A DNA stretch of 64,000 nucleotides from an uncultured Bacilli bacterium. Its GTDB lineage: Bacteria; Bacillota_I; Bacilli_A; RF39; UBA660. Under the pieces are notes generated by a model. It saw nothing but the letters and a program-made list of their open reading frames with translations. It had not been told where the DNA came from and ran no database searches. The stretch covers positions 29,192 through 93,191 of the forward strand of contig CALVSW010000001.1 in the NCBI GenBank assembly GCA_944359625.1. The letters are read 5' to 3'. The number at the start of each line of letters is the position of its first letter. Position 1 is the stretch's first letter. A program made the position numbers and the translations under genes. Shown here piece after piece: positions 46,707 through 56,150 of the stretch.

Positions 46707-48074
46707 ATGAAGTATAAAAAAAAGAAAATAAAATTAACTAAATTTGGAAAAATATTTTTTAGCCTTATTGGAATATTTATAATTAGTATATTTATGTTAA
46801 GTATAAACAGTTTTAAACATCGCTTTTATAAAGTAGAAGAAAGTGATAAATATTTAATTGAAATTAATTATCCACAAGTAAAAAATAAAAGTATTATTGC
46901 GTATTCAAAAGAATATATAAAAAATATGGAAAATGATTTTAAAAATAATATAGAAGGAATTACTGATTTGAATTCGGCTAAATATGAATTTAAAACAGAT
47001 TATGAGATAACCGAAAATGAAGATATGCTAGGAGTACATTTAATAATTTATGAATATACTGGTGGAGCACATTATATAAGACATGATAAATCTTATTATT
47101 ATGAAAAGGATGAAGAAAAAGTTGTATCAATAACTGATTTTTTAGAAGACGAAAAAAGTTTAGATAAATTAGCCAATATTTCTTACTATTATGTAATGAA
47201 GTATAGTGATGAAAATGACTTAAATTTTGATGAAAAGATGGTTAAATCAGGATTAGAATGTGACCCTAAAAACTTTGAACATTTTAACTTTATTGATGCT
47301 GGTTTAGAAATTATTTTTCCACCATTACAAGTAGCTTGTCATGCAGCTGGTGAAATAAAGATTTTAATTCCTTATAATGAGTTAGAAGGAATTATTAAAT
47401 CTAAGTATTTAAACTATAATAAAAGTGAAGATGAACATGTAAATAATACTCGCAATTTAAAAGAATTTAGTAATAAAAAGTTAATTGCTTTTACTTTTGA
47501 TGATGGTCCTAGTTATATTGCAACCAATAAACTTCTTGATAATTTAGATAGATATAATGCTCGTGTTACATTTTTTGTATTAGGCAGTCGTGTTAATGAT
47601 TATAATGTCACTTTAAAAAGAGCTTATGATATGGGAAATTTAATTGGTAGTCATACATATAGTCATGTTGATCTTACTACGTTAAATAATTTTAATGTTA
47701 TGGAAGAAATTAAAAAAACTAATGATGCTATTAAAGAAGTAACCAATAGTGATACTCTATATTTAAGACCACCATATGGTAATACTGATTCAGAAATTCG
47801 TAATTTAGCAAATATGTATAATATATTATGGGATTTAGATACTGAAGATTGGAAATATAAAGATCCAGAAAGAATCGCCAATTATATTGTAGAAAATGCT
47901 CATGATGGTGCAATAGTATTACTTCATGATTTATATGAAACCTCTGTTGACGGAGCATTACTTGCTATGGAAAGATTAGAAAAAGAAGGTTATGCATTTG
48001 TAACAATTGAAGAAATGGCAATTATAAAAAATATTGATTTAGAAAAAGATAAAAATTATTATCAAATACAATGA
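46707..48074 (+). CDS. Polysaccharide deacetylase (NodB/CE4) with N-terminal membrane anchor and DUF3298/DUF4163-like domain
   Basis: TM FFSLIGIFIISIFMLSI. YTGGAHYIRH (DUF3298-like). NodB motifs FTFDDGPS, HTYSH, LRPPYG, VLLHD. Confidence 0.85.
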   Translation: MKYKKKKIKLTKFGKIFFSLIGIFIISIFMLSINSFKHRFYKVEESDKYLIEINYPQVKNKSIIAYSKEYIKNMENDFKNNIEGITDLNSAKYEFKTDYEITENEDMLGVHLIIYEYTGGAHYIRHDKSYYYEKDEEKVVSITDFLEDEKSLDKLANISYYYVMKYSDENDLNFDEKMVKSGLECDPKNFEHFNFIDAGLEIIFPPLQVACHAAGEIKILIPYNELEGIIKSKYLNYNKSEDEHVNNTRNLKEFSNKKLIAFTFDDGPSYIATNKLLDNLDRYNARVTFFVLGSRVNDYNVTLKRAYDMGNLIGSHTYSHVDLTTLNNFNVMEEIKKTNDAIKEVTNSDTLYLRPPYGNTDSEIRNLANMYNILWDLDTEDWKYKDPERIANYIVENAHDGAIVLLHDLYETSVDGALLAMERLEKEGYAFVTIEEMAIIKNIDLEKDKNYYQIQ

Positions 48075-48138
48075 TAATTAAGTTATAAACTCCTACATAT
48101 AATTAATATTTAATAATATATTTAATGTAGGGGGTAAA

Positions 48139-49074
48139 ATGAATAAAATAGATAAACTTTTTAACGAATTTGTAGATAAGATTAATTCTATGACTAAGGA
48201 AGAAATATATCTTAATATAAAAAAAAGTTTTGATAAAGTTCCAATCGAAACTCAAAAATCTATTGCGACCTTTTTTGGTAAATTTAATTATTGGGGAAAA
48301 ATTGATTTAGAAAATAATGATTATGAGGCTTTATATGAAAAAGCTACTACTTTAAAGGAAAATATAAATCAATTTAAATGGCTTTATAATATATTAAAAG
48401 ATTATAAATCTAAGAAACTTTTATATGGAATTTTAAATAATTGGTTTTGTTATGATTTTAATACTGTTAATTCTTGTTTAGGAACTCCATATAAACATTA
48501 TTTTGACTTAGATATAATTTCAAATTGTCAAGATGAAGTAGTAGTTGATTTAGGTGCTTATACAGGGGATACTATTTTAGATTATATTGATACTTATGGT
48601 GAAGATTCATATAAAAAAATATATTGTTATGATATAACTGATGAAGTTTTTACATATCTAAAAAATAATTTATCTAAATATCAAAATATAATTTATCGAA
48701 AAAAAGCAATAAGCGATAAAATAGGTAATTTGTATTTGGAAACAAATCCTTTTTCAATATCAGCTAATAAAGTGAGTGAAAATGGAGATATTTTATTAGA
48801 AAGTACAACTTTAGATGAAGATATAAAAGAAAAGGTTAGTATGATTAAAATGGATATAGAAGGAAATGAGAAAAATGCTTTGCTTGGAAGTATTAATCAT
48901 ATAAAAAATGATAAACCTAAGTTATTAATATCGGTTTATCATAATAATAATCATTTATGGGAATTACCTAAATTAATTAATGAGATTAATCCTAATTATA
49001 ACTACTATTTGAGATGTTATGGTAATTGTATATATCCAACTGAAATAGTTTTATTTGCAATACCTATAATTTAA
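48139..49074 (+). CDS. FkbM-family SAM-dependent methyltransferase
   Basis: VVVDLGAYTGDT (SAM motif I) and IKMDIEGNEKNAL, typical of the FkbM family. Confidence 0.75.
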   Translation: MNKIDKLFNEFVDKINSMTKEEIYLNIKKSFDKVPIETQKSIATFFGKFNYWGKIDLENNDYEALYEKATTLKENINQFKWLYNILKDYKSKKLLYGILNNWFCYDFNTVNSCLGTPYKHYFDLDIISNCQDEVVVDLGAYTGDTILDYIDTYGEDSYKKIYCYDITDEVFTYLKNNLSKYQNIIYRKKAISDKIGNLYLETNPFSISANKVSENGDILLESTTLDEDIKEKVSMIKMDIEGNEKNALLGSINHIKNDKPKLLISVYHNNNHLWELPKLINEINPNYNYYLRCYGNCIYPTEIVLFAIPII

Positions 49075-49111
49075 TGTAAGTTTAATGATTTGTAAACTTA
49101 TATATTTTTTT

Positions 49112-49143
49112 TATCACTAATTTGACTTAGTGATAATTTTTTT
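49112..49143 (+). terminator. Rho-independent terminator after the methyltransferase
   Basis: tatcactaa-tttgac-ttagtgata followed by aTTTTTTT. Confidence 0.75.
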
Positions 49144-49289
49144 GATATTCATTATCTTTTAAAGAATTTTCTCTAGGTGTTAAATCAATATTAAATAATT
49201 GTATTATACCAGATAAAGTATATTTATTTAATTGATTTGTTATATTAATCATAACTTTATTTCCTAAGTCACTACTTGTTGTATCTAAA

Positions 49290-50549
49290 ATGTTATATGC
49301 TAATAAACTTCCAATAAGATTTGTAATAGAAATATTAAGAATTAATACTTATAATAAAAATGATAAAGAATATCGTAAAAATAATGATGCTTTAACTGGA
49401 TTTACGGGCGAGATTGTTCGTGGGGCAGAAGATATTAAAATGCTTAATGGTGAGACTAGCTTTTTAACTGAATTAAAAAGAAGATTTGAAAATTTAAATA
49501 ATGAAAAGTATGAAATGGAAAATACTAATTTATCCTTTTTGCTATGTAGATGGTATTGGAACCAAATTTCATATTTTTTAATGATTGTGATTGTTGGTTT
49601 ATTAGTAAAGAATGGTAGCATAGAAATAGCTACGGCAGTTGTTTTATTTAATTTTGGTAATAGATACAACAGTCTAGTAGGTTATATTACTGGATTTCAT
49701 GAATTAGTAAAAGAATTTAATTTATCGGCTACAAGAATATTTGATATTTTTGAGGATAAAAATTATGAAAAAGAAGTATTTGGTAATACACATTTAGATA
49801 AGATTAACGGTGATTTTGAGTTTAAAAATGTGTCTTTTAAGTATGATGCTAGTAATGTCTTAAATAATTTAAATTTTAAAGTAAATGCTAATGAAACAGT
49901 TGCTTTTGTTGGTAAAAGTGGTGCTGGAAAAACAACAATTTTTAATCTTTTATGTAAGATGTATGATAATTATGAAGGTCTTATTACAATAGATGGTATT
50001 AATATAAAAGAATTAGATAAAGATTCTATTAGAGGTAATATTACTATTGTTAGTCAAAATCCTTATATATTTAATATGAGTATAAAAGATAATTTAAAAC
50101 TAGTTAAAAATAACCTTACTGATAAAGAAATGAAGGAAGCTTGTAAAATGGCTTGTTTAGATGATTTTATTGAGTCTTTACCTAATAAATACGATACGAT
50201 AGTCGGAGAAGGTGGAATTAATTTATCTGGTGGGCAAAAACAACGTTTAGCAATAGCACGTGCCTTTGTTCAAAAAACCGAAATAATTCTTTTTGATGAA
50301 GCAACAAGTGCTTTAGATAATGAAACCCAATCCAAAATTCAGCAAGCAATATATAATTTACAAAAAGAATATACAATATTAATTATTGCCCATCGCTTAT
50401 CGACTATTAAAAGTGCTGATAGAATATTAGTTTTAGATGGTGGAAAAATTATTGGTGAAGGAAGTCATACAAAGTTATTAAAGACATGTAAACTATATAA
50501 AGAATTATATGAAAATGAAATAAGTAATATAGATAGTAAAGGAGAGTAA
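49290..50549 (+). pseudogene. 5'-truncated paralogous copy of the ABC exporter (last TM helices plus NBD)
   Basis: Homology to the first copy begins only at ...RFVIEILRINTYNKNDKEYRKNND. The N-terminal about 170 aa of a full half-transporter are absent. Walker A/B and signature motifs are intact. It could still be expressed from the ATG at 49290. Confidence 0.55.
49312..50528 (+). repeat. Direct repeat copy B (ABC exporter 3' two-thirds)
   Basis: Near-identical to 45384-46600. Confidence 0.85.
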
Positions 50550-50603
50550 ATTAAATTATTACTATTTTTAATAATATGTTAAAATATACTTATAAGGAGA
50601 AAT

Positions 50604-51476
50604 ATGGAAAAGGTTTATTTTACAAAAGATGTTAGAAAAGATAGTTTAGTAAATATTTATAAAGCTTTAAATAAAGAATTACTTGGTAAAGTAGCAGTAA
50701 AATTACATTCTGGTGAAAAAGGAAATAAAAATTATTTAAGACCTTCATATGTTGAAGAGCTAGTTAATTATGTTCATGGAACTGTAGTTGAGTGTAATAC
50801 TGCTTATCCTGGTGCTAGAAATACTACTGAAAAGCATCGTCATTTAATGGATGAGCATGAATGGACTAAGTACTTTGATGTTGATATTATGGATAGTGAA
50901 GGACCAGATTTAGTTTTAGAAATACCTAATGGAAAACAGATAAAGAAAAACTTTGTTGGTAAACATATAGCAAATTATGATTCGATGTTAGTTTTATCTC
51001 ATTTTAAAGGACATGCTATGGGTGGCTTTGGTGGTGCCTTAAAGCAACTTTCAATTGGATGTGCTTCTTCTTATGGCAAGGCTTATATTCATGGTGCAGG
51101 AAATCCTGATGAAAACAGGTTCAAAACTGATCAGTTATCCTTTGTAACAGCCATGGGTGATGCGGCTAGTAGTGTTCATAAATATTTTAAGGGTAATATT
51201 GTTTATATTACTGCAATGGTTAATATTTCTATCGATTGTGATTGTGATGGTAATGCATCGGCACCATGTATGCAAGATATTGGATTATTAGCTAGTACGG
51301 ATCCTGTTGCGATAGATCAAGCTTGCATAGATATAATTTATAATAGTACCGATCCTGGTAAAAATAAATTAATTAAAAGAATTGAAGAAAAGCTAGGAAT
51401 TAATATAATTAAAGTAGCTGAAGAAGATGGCGCTGGTAGTAGACAATATGAATTAATAGATATAGATAAAAATTAA
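50604..51476 (+). CDS. DUF362-like protein (family recalled from memory)
   Basis: 290 aa. VAVKLHSGEKGN, LSHFKGHAMGGFGGALKQLSIGC and a Cys-rich ISIDCDCDGN segment. Confidence 0.55.
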   Translation: MEKVYFTKDVRKDSLVNIYKALNKELLGKVAVKLHSGEKGNKNYLRPSYVEELVNYVHGTVVECNTAYPGARNTTEKHRHLMDEHEWTKYFDVDIMDSEGPDLVLEIPNGKQIKKNFVGKHIANYDSMLVLSHFKGHAMGGFGGALKQLSIGCASSYGKAYIHGAGNPDENRFKTDQLSFVTAMGDAASSVHKYFKGNIVYITAMVNISIDCDCDGNASAPCMQDIGLLASTDPVAIDQACIDIIYNSTDPGKNKLIKRIEEKLGINIIKVAEEDGAGSRQYELIDIDKN

Positions 51477-51507
51477 TATCTATATCTTTTTTGAAGAAAG
51501 GAAACTT

Positions 51508-52395
51508 ATGGAATTAATACAAGTTGGAAAAAATACTTATTATTTAGATAATCCCACAAATATAGGTATTTATTTAGTTAATGATAAAGATGTATATTTA
51601 ATTGATAGTGGTAATAGTAAAGATACTGGTAAAAAGATATTAAAGATTCTAAATGAGCATAATTGGAATGTAGTAGGTATAATAAATACGCATTCTCATG
51701 CTGATCATATTGGCGGAAATAATGTAATTCAAAATAGAACTAATTGTAAAATCTTTAATAATAATATTGAAAATAGTTTTACTAATAATCCTATTTTGGA
51801 ACCAAGTTTAATATATGGTGGTTATCCATTTAAAGATTTACTTAATAGAACGCTATTAGCAAAAGAATCTAATTCTACATTATTAAATAATTCTTCTATT
51901 AACTTATTTGATGTTATTGAATTAAAAGGTCATTCTTATAATATGATAGGTTTAAAAACAAAAGATAATATTTATTTTTTAGGAGATTCTTTATTTAGTG
52001 AAGAAACTATTAATAAATATCATATATTTTATATTTATAATGTTAAAGAATTTTTAAATACTTTAGATAAATTAAACAATTTAGATGGCGACTTATATGT
52101 ATTATCGCATTGTAAACCTACAAAAGATTTAAAAGAATTAATAAAAATAAATAAAGATAAAGTAGTAGAAATAATAAATAAAATATATAATTTATGTTCT
52201 AATAAAATAACTTTTGAAGATATATTACAAAAAATATTTATAGATTATAATATTAATATGAATGAGAATCAGTATTTTTTGATTGGTAGTACTATTAAAG
52301 CTTATTTAACTTATTTATATGATGAAGGAAAGATATCTTATACTTTTTTAGAAAATAAGATGTATTGGTATCAGTTAAATGATATTAAATGTTAG
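51508..52395 (+). CDS. MBL-fold metallo-hydrolase
   Basis: INTHSHADHIGGN (HxHxDH motif). Confidence 0.8.
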   Translation: MELIQVGKNTYYLDNPTNIGIYLVNDKDVYLIDSGNSKDTGKKILKILNEHNWNVVGIINTHSHADHIGGNNVIQNRTNCKIFNNNIENSFTNNPILEPSLIYGGYPFKDLLNRTLLAKESNSTLLNNSSINLFDVIELKGHSYNMIGLKTKDNIYFLGDSLFSEETINKYHIFYIYNVKEFLNTLDKLNNLDGDLYVLSHCKPTKDLKELIKINKDKVVEIINKIYNLCSNKITFEDILQKIFIDYNINMNENQYFLIGSTIKAYLTYLYDEGKISYTFLENKMYWYQLNDIKC

Positions 52396-53266
52396 TGGTA
52401 GAACTGATATTGTTGCTTTTTATTCAAAGTGGTTTATTAAACGATATCAAGAAGGCTATGTAGATGTTAGAAATCCTTTTTATCCTAAATTAGTTAGTAG
52501 AATATATTTTAAAGATGTTGATCTTATAGTATTTTGTACAAAAAATCCTAAACCTATTATTCCTTTTTTAAAATATATTAAACAACCAATAATTTTTCAT
52601 GTTACTATAACACCATATAAAAAAGATATAGAGCCTTATGTACCATCTAAAAAAGAAGTAATTAATTTAGTTAAAGAAATAAGTAAAATAATACCTAAAG
52701 AATATTTATATATTAGATATGATCCAGTATTTTTAAGTAATAAGTATAATCTTGATTATCATATTAAAGCATTTGATAGGTTATGCACTCTTTTAGATGG
52801 CTATGTTAGTAAAATCATTATTTCTTTTTTAGATAATTATAAAAATGTTCAAAATAATCTAAGATATTTACAAGTTAAGAATTTTAGTGATGAAGATTAT
52901 AAAAAATTAGGTTTAAATTTTAGTTGGATTGCTAAAGAACATCATATTATTGTGCAAACTTGTGGTGAAAAAAAAGATTTAGTAGAGTATGGTTTTATTA
53001 AAGATGAATGTTTAAGTCGAAGTTTGGCTTATAAATTAACTGGTAAGAATTTTCCTCGTTGGCAAGCACGCAATAATAAAAATTGTAATTGTGCTAATAT
53101 GGTTGATATAGGTTCATATAATAGTTGTTTGCATTTATGTAAATATTGTTATGCAAACTATGATGAAAGTAGTATTAAAGCTAATGTATTGCAACATGAT
53201 GTTAATTCTTCATTATTAATAGGAAATTTAAATAATGATGATATTATAAAGATTAGAAGGAAGTAA
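52379..53266 (+). CDS. DUF1848-family protein (family recalled from memory)
   Basis: N-terminal ILNVSGRTDIVAFYSKWF and a C-terminal Cys cluster CNCANMVDIGSYNSCLHLCKYCYAN. Overlaps the upstream MBL gene by 17 nt. Confidence 0.6.
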   Translation: MILNVSGRTDIVAFYSKWFIKRYQEGYVDVRNPFYPKLVSRIYFKDVDLIVFCTKNPKPIIPFLKYIKQPIIFHVTITPYKKDIEPYVPSKKEVINLVKEISKIIPKEYLYIRYDPVFLSNKYNLDYHIKAFDRLCTLLDGYVSKIIISFLDNYKNVQNNLRYLQVKNFSDEDYKKLGLNFSWIAKEHHIIVQTCGEKKDLVEYGFIKDECLSRSLAYKLTGKNFPRWQARNNKNCNCANMVDIGSYNSCLHLCKYCYANYDESSIKANVLQHDVNSSLLIGNLNNDDIIKIRRK

Positions 53267-53307
53267 TTTATTGTGGTATAATAATTAAATCTAAAGGGAG
53301 AAAGAGT

Positions 53308-53712
53308 ATGCAAGTAGTAGGAACAATGTTTTTTAAAGATTTTAATTTATTAATTGATAAACCACGAAAAAGAAGTACATATCAAATGATAGGAGGAAAA
53401 GTAGAAAGTGGTGAAGCACCATTAGAAGCTGCTATAAGAGAATGTCATGAAGAATTAGGAAATCAAGCTAAAATTGATCATAATTTATTTGAATTAATTA
53501 TGGAATTTGATGAAATAGCAACAAGTGATGGAAAAACACCAATTCATTTTTATGTCTTTCAATATAATGGAATTTTAGAAGGAGAGCTTACTACTTCTGA
53601 AGAAATTAGTGATTTTTTATGGTATAATTCTACATATGGAACTGATATACTTTCTAATGCGTTGAAAAATGAAGTAGTTCCATATTGTTTAAAAAAACAT
53701 TTAATTAAATAA
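53308..53712 (+). CDS. Nudix hydrolase
   Basis: Nudix box GGKVESGEAPLEAAIRECHEELG. Confidence 0.8.
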   Translation: MQVVGTMFFKDFNLLIDKPRKRSTYQMIGGKVESGEAPLEAAIRECHEELGNQAKIDHNLFELIMEFDEIATSDGKTPIHFYVFQYNGILEGELTTSEEISDFLWYNSTYGTDILSNALKNEVVPYCLKKHLIK

Positions 53713-53829
53713 AAGAAATTGGTATTTTATTAAATATTAATTCATATAATGCATTAAGATAAAATAATTTAAAAAATATATTAAAATATCTTGAAAATGT
53801 TTTTAAGTTTTGATATATTATTAATGCAT

Positions 53830-53904
53830 GCAGGTGTAGTACAATGGCTAGTATACGACCTTGCCAAGGTTGAGATGGGAGTTCGATCCTCCTCACTTGC
53901 TCCA
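53830..53904 (+). tRNA. tRNA-Gly (anticodon GCC)
   Basis: Cloverleaf folded by hand. Acceptor gcaggtg/cacttgc (one G-U). Anticodon stem cgacc/ggttg with loop TTGCCAA. T-arm gggag-ttcgatc-ctcct. 3' tCCA is encoded. Confidence 0.85.
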
Positions 53905-53940
53905 TTGCAGAAATTGTTCAAATTTTGAACATTTATATAT

Positions 53941-53964
53941 AGTCAATCGAAAGATTGACTTTTT
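53941..53964 (+). terminator. Rho-independent terminator after tRNA-Gly
   Basis: agtcaatc-gaaa-gattgact followed by TTTT. Confidence 0.7.
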
Positions 53965-54003
53965 AAGTTATATAAAAAGTACTAATAAAATTTTTAGTAC
54001 TTT

Positions 54004-54570
54004 TTATCTTACATAAATATAATAAGAATTTCCTTCTAAATCGTCACTATATAATTCTCCATAATATATAGCAAATGGTCTAGTTAAAGTATCATCTACT
54101 TCATAAATAGTTTTAAAGTTAACTGTCTCTTTAACATCTATAGTTAAGTTATCTTTTAAAAAGTTAACATTAGGAATATCTGGGATAAATGAGTATGTAT
54201 AAGATGCTTCTTCCTTTTCTAAATTCCACATTAAAGGGAAATCTTCTAATGATAATTTTTGCTTAGAATCTGAAGTATTAGTAACTTCTATTGATGCTAC
54301 AACTAATTTTTTACCATTTGGCGCCTTATATGTTTCAAAAGTATCACAAACGGTTACATCTTGTATAATAAAATCAAGCCACCTTGTATGAGCAGTTTCA
54401 TTAATTCCTAAACCTTGATATGCTTCAACAATTCTACCATCGTCTAATGTCTTACCATCAATTAAGCCATTAGTACTCCATGCAGGATATTTTTCACTTT
54501 GAAAGGGAAGAGTACATCCAGTTAATAAAACAATTGTAGTAATTAATAAAAGAGATTTTAAATATTTCAT
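54004..54570 (-). CDS. Lipoprotein, function unknown
   Basis: Lipobox LLTGC after a signal peptide (MKYLKSLLLITTIVLLTGCT). 188 aa. Confidence 0.65.
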   Translation of the reverse strand: MKYLKSLLLITTIVLLTGCTLPFQSEKYPAWSTNGLIDGKTLDDGRIVEAYQGLGINETAHTRWLDFIIQDVTVCDTFETYKAPNGKKLVVASIEVTNTSDSKQKLSLEDFPLMWNLEKEEASYTYSFIPDIPNVNFLKDNLTIDVKETVNFKTIYEVDDTLTRPFAIYYGELYSDDLEGNSYYIYVR

Positions 54571-54572
54571 AA

Positions 54573-55481
54573 TTATTCTCCTATTCTTTTTATTTGGTAT
54601 GTATAAATTGATTGACGATATAGACTATAAGAACTAAATATTCCTATAATAGATAGTATAAGTCCAATTGAAAGGGCATTTGTAAATGATTCTTTAAATT
54701 CATTATTACGGCTTAAGTAATAAGGAATAGATTTATAGGCATCCCATAAATTAATTAAAAAATCCGTTTTATATAAATTATAAATGTAAATAGAGCAATT
54801 TAATTCATGGGCAATTAGAACTCCTAATAATCCTATTATAATAGAAATTACAAGACCACTTACTTTCATAACTTTTCCAAAATGTTTAAATCCTAAAGCA
54901 GCCCCCATTGTAATAAATATTCCAGCAATTCCTGGTTCTAATTTTAAATAAGATAATAGTAACCATAATAATATTCCTGGTATTATTCCAATAATAGCAC
55001 CAACTATTCCTTTAAAAGTATGTTCCTTAACATTTTTTGAATTATTTTTTTTATATTCAGCTATTTTAATAAATTCTTTATAACAATCATCACAGAAATA
55101 ATTTATTTCACCCTCATTATCCGTTAAATAAACTTTTTTAATTTCTTTACAATGTTTACATATTTCTTTATAATTCTTATCTTTTAAATATTTAGTAATG
55201 TTTTCTAGAATGGGATTTATTACTTTTGCTAAATCTTTTATCTCTCTTAAACTTCCTACTATAGATAATACATTATTTTTATATATTATTGTTATATCTT
55301 TATCTATTTTTTTAATTTCTTTACTAAGATCTTTAATATCTTCTTTTCCTAAAATGTTAAAATATAAATTATAAACTAAAGAAGTATTATCATACTTAAT
55401 TAAATAATTAAAGCCATTAATATTTCCTGCATAAATATTTCCACCATATTTAATTTTAAAACCATTAATATTCTTATCCAT
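54573..55481 (-). CDS. Hypothetical membrane protein with a CxxC...CxxC zinc-ribbon-like segment
   Basis: CKHCKE...FCDDC, then 4-5 TM helices. Start taken at MDKNING (55481). Stops 2 nt upstream of the lipoprotein gene. Confidence 0.55.
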   Translation of the reverse strand: MDKNINGFKIKYGGNIYAGNINGFNYLIKYDNTSLVYNLYFNILGKEDIKDLSKEIKKIDKDITIIYKNNVLSIVGSLREIKDLAKVINPILENITKYLKDKNYKEICKHCKEIKKVYLTDNEGEINYFCDDCYKEFIKIAEYKKNNSKNVKEHTFKGIVGAIIGIIPGILLWLLLSYLKLEPGIAGIFITMGAALGFKHFGKVMKVSGLVISIIIGLLGVLIAHELNCSIYIYNLYKTDFLINLWDAYKSIPYYLSRNNEFKESFTNALSIGLILSIIGIFSSYSLYRQSIYTYQIKRIGE

Positions 55482-56043
55482 ATAAATCCCTTTCTTTATC
55501 ATTAATGTGTTTATCATATATTCTTTTTAAATAATCTTTTTTAATTACAACATTTTCCCCATATGCTCCTAATAACTCTAAGACTTCAGTTATAAAACCT
55601 TGAATTTTTTTATTAACCATAGCATTATCCCGAGTTTTATTCCAATAATAATAAGCAGACATTGTCGTATATTTTTTTCCCTGATAAACCTTAGATGCTG
55701 CTATCATATCACAAATCATTTCTACACAATATTTAAATGGAATAATAGGAGTTTTTAATGGTGCTTCATAATCATACCAATATTCATGATGATGTTTATT
55801 TCTTCCTTTATGATGTAACCAAGCTTTTGAATAACCATTTTTTTCTTTACAATTTATAATAGGTGAATGTTTATGGTTAGCATAATATTTAACACCTTCA
55901 ATAAATTCTGTTGGACTATATTTTGATATATCATGAAATAATCCTTGAATTGGTATTCCTGCTTTTAAACATAAGATAAATACTTTAAATCGATGACGAT
56001 TTATAGTATGTAGGTGTCCCCAGAAGTTAAAAAAATAATTCAT
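55474..56043 (-). CDS. DUF5662-like protein (family recalled from memory; HD-like GLFHDISKY motif)
   Basis: 189 aa. HLHTINRHRFKV...GLFHDISKYSPTEF...WLHHKGRNKHHHEYW. Confidence 0.5.
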   Translation of the reverse strand: MNYFFNFWGHLHTINRHRFKVFILCLKAGIPIQGLFHDISKYSPTEFIEGVKYYANHKHSPIINCKEKNGYSKAWLHHKGRNKHHHEYWYDYEAPLKTPIIPFKYCVEMICDMIAASKVYQGKKYTTMSAYYYWNKTRDNAMVNKKIQGFITEVLELLGAYGENVVIKKDYLKRIYDKHINDKERDLYG

Positions 56044-56150
56044 AAATGCTCACCTGCCTTAATTATACCACGACTAAGTACTATTACCAAATATCTTCAT
56101 AAGAAAAACTGCTTTTTTTATTTTTTATATGTTAAAATTGAGTTGGGGAT

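Noticed and set aside
49142-49320. Minus-strand open frame (…LIGSLLAYNILDTTSSDLGNKVMINITNQLNKYTLSGIIQLFNIDL…) between the FkbM terminator and the truncated ABC copy, considered as an inverted gene fragment
   Set aside because: It is short (the longest Met-initiated stretch is about 41 aa) with no recognisable motif. It may be a remnant of the rearrangement, but I cannot support it as a feature.
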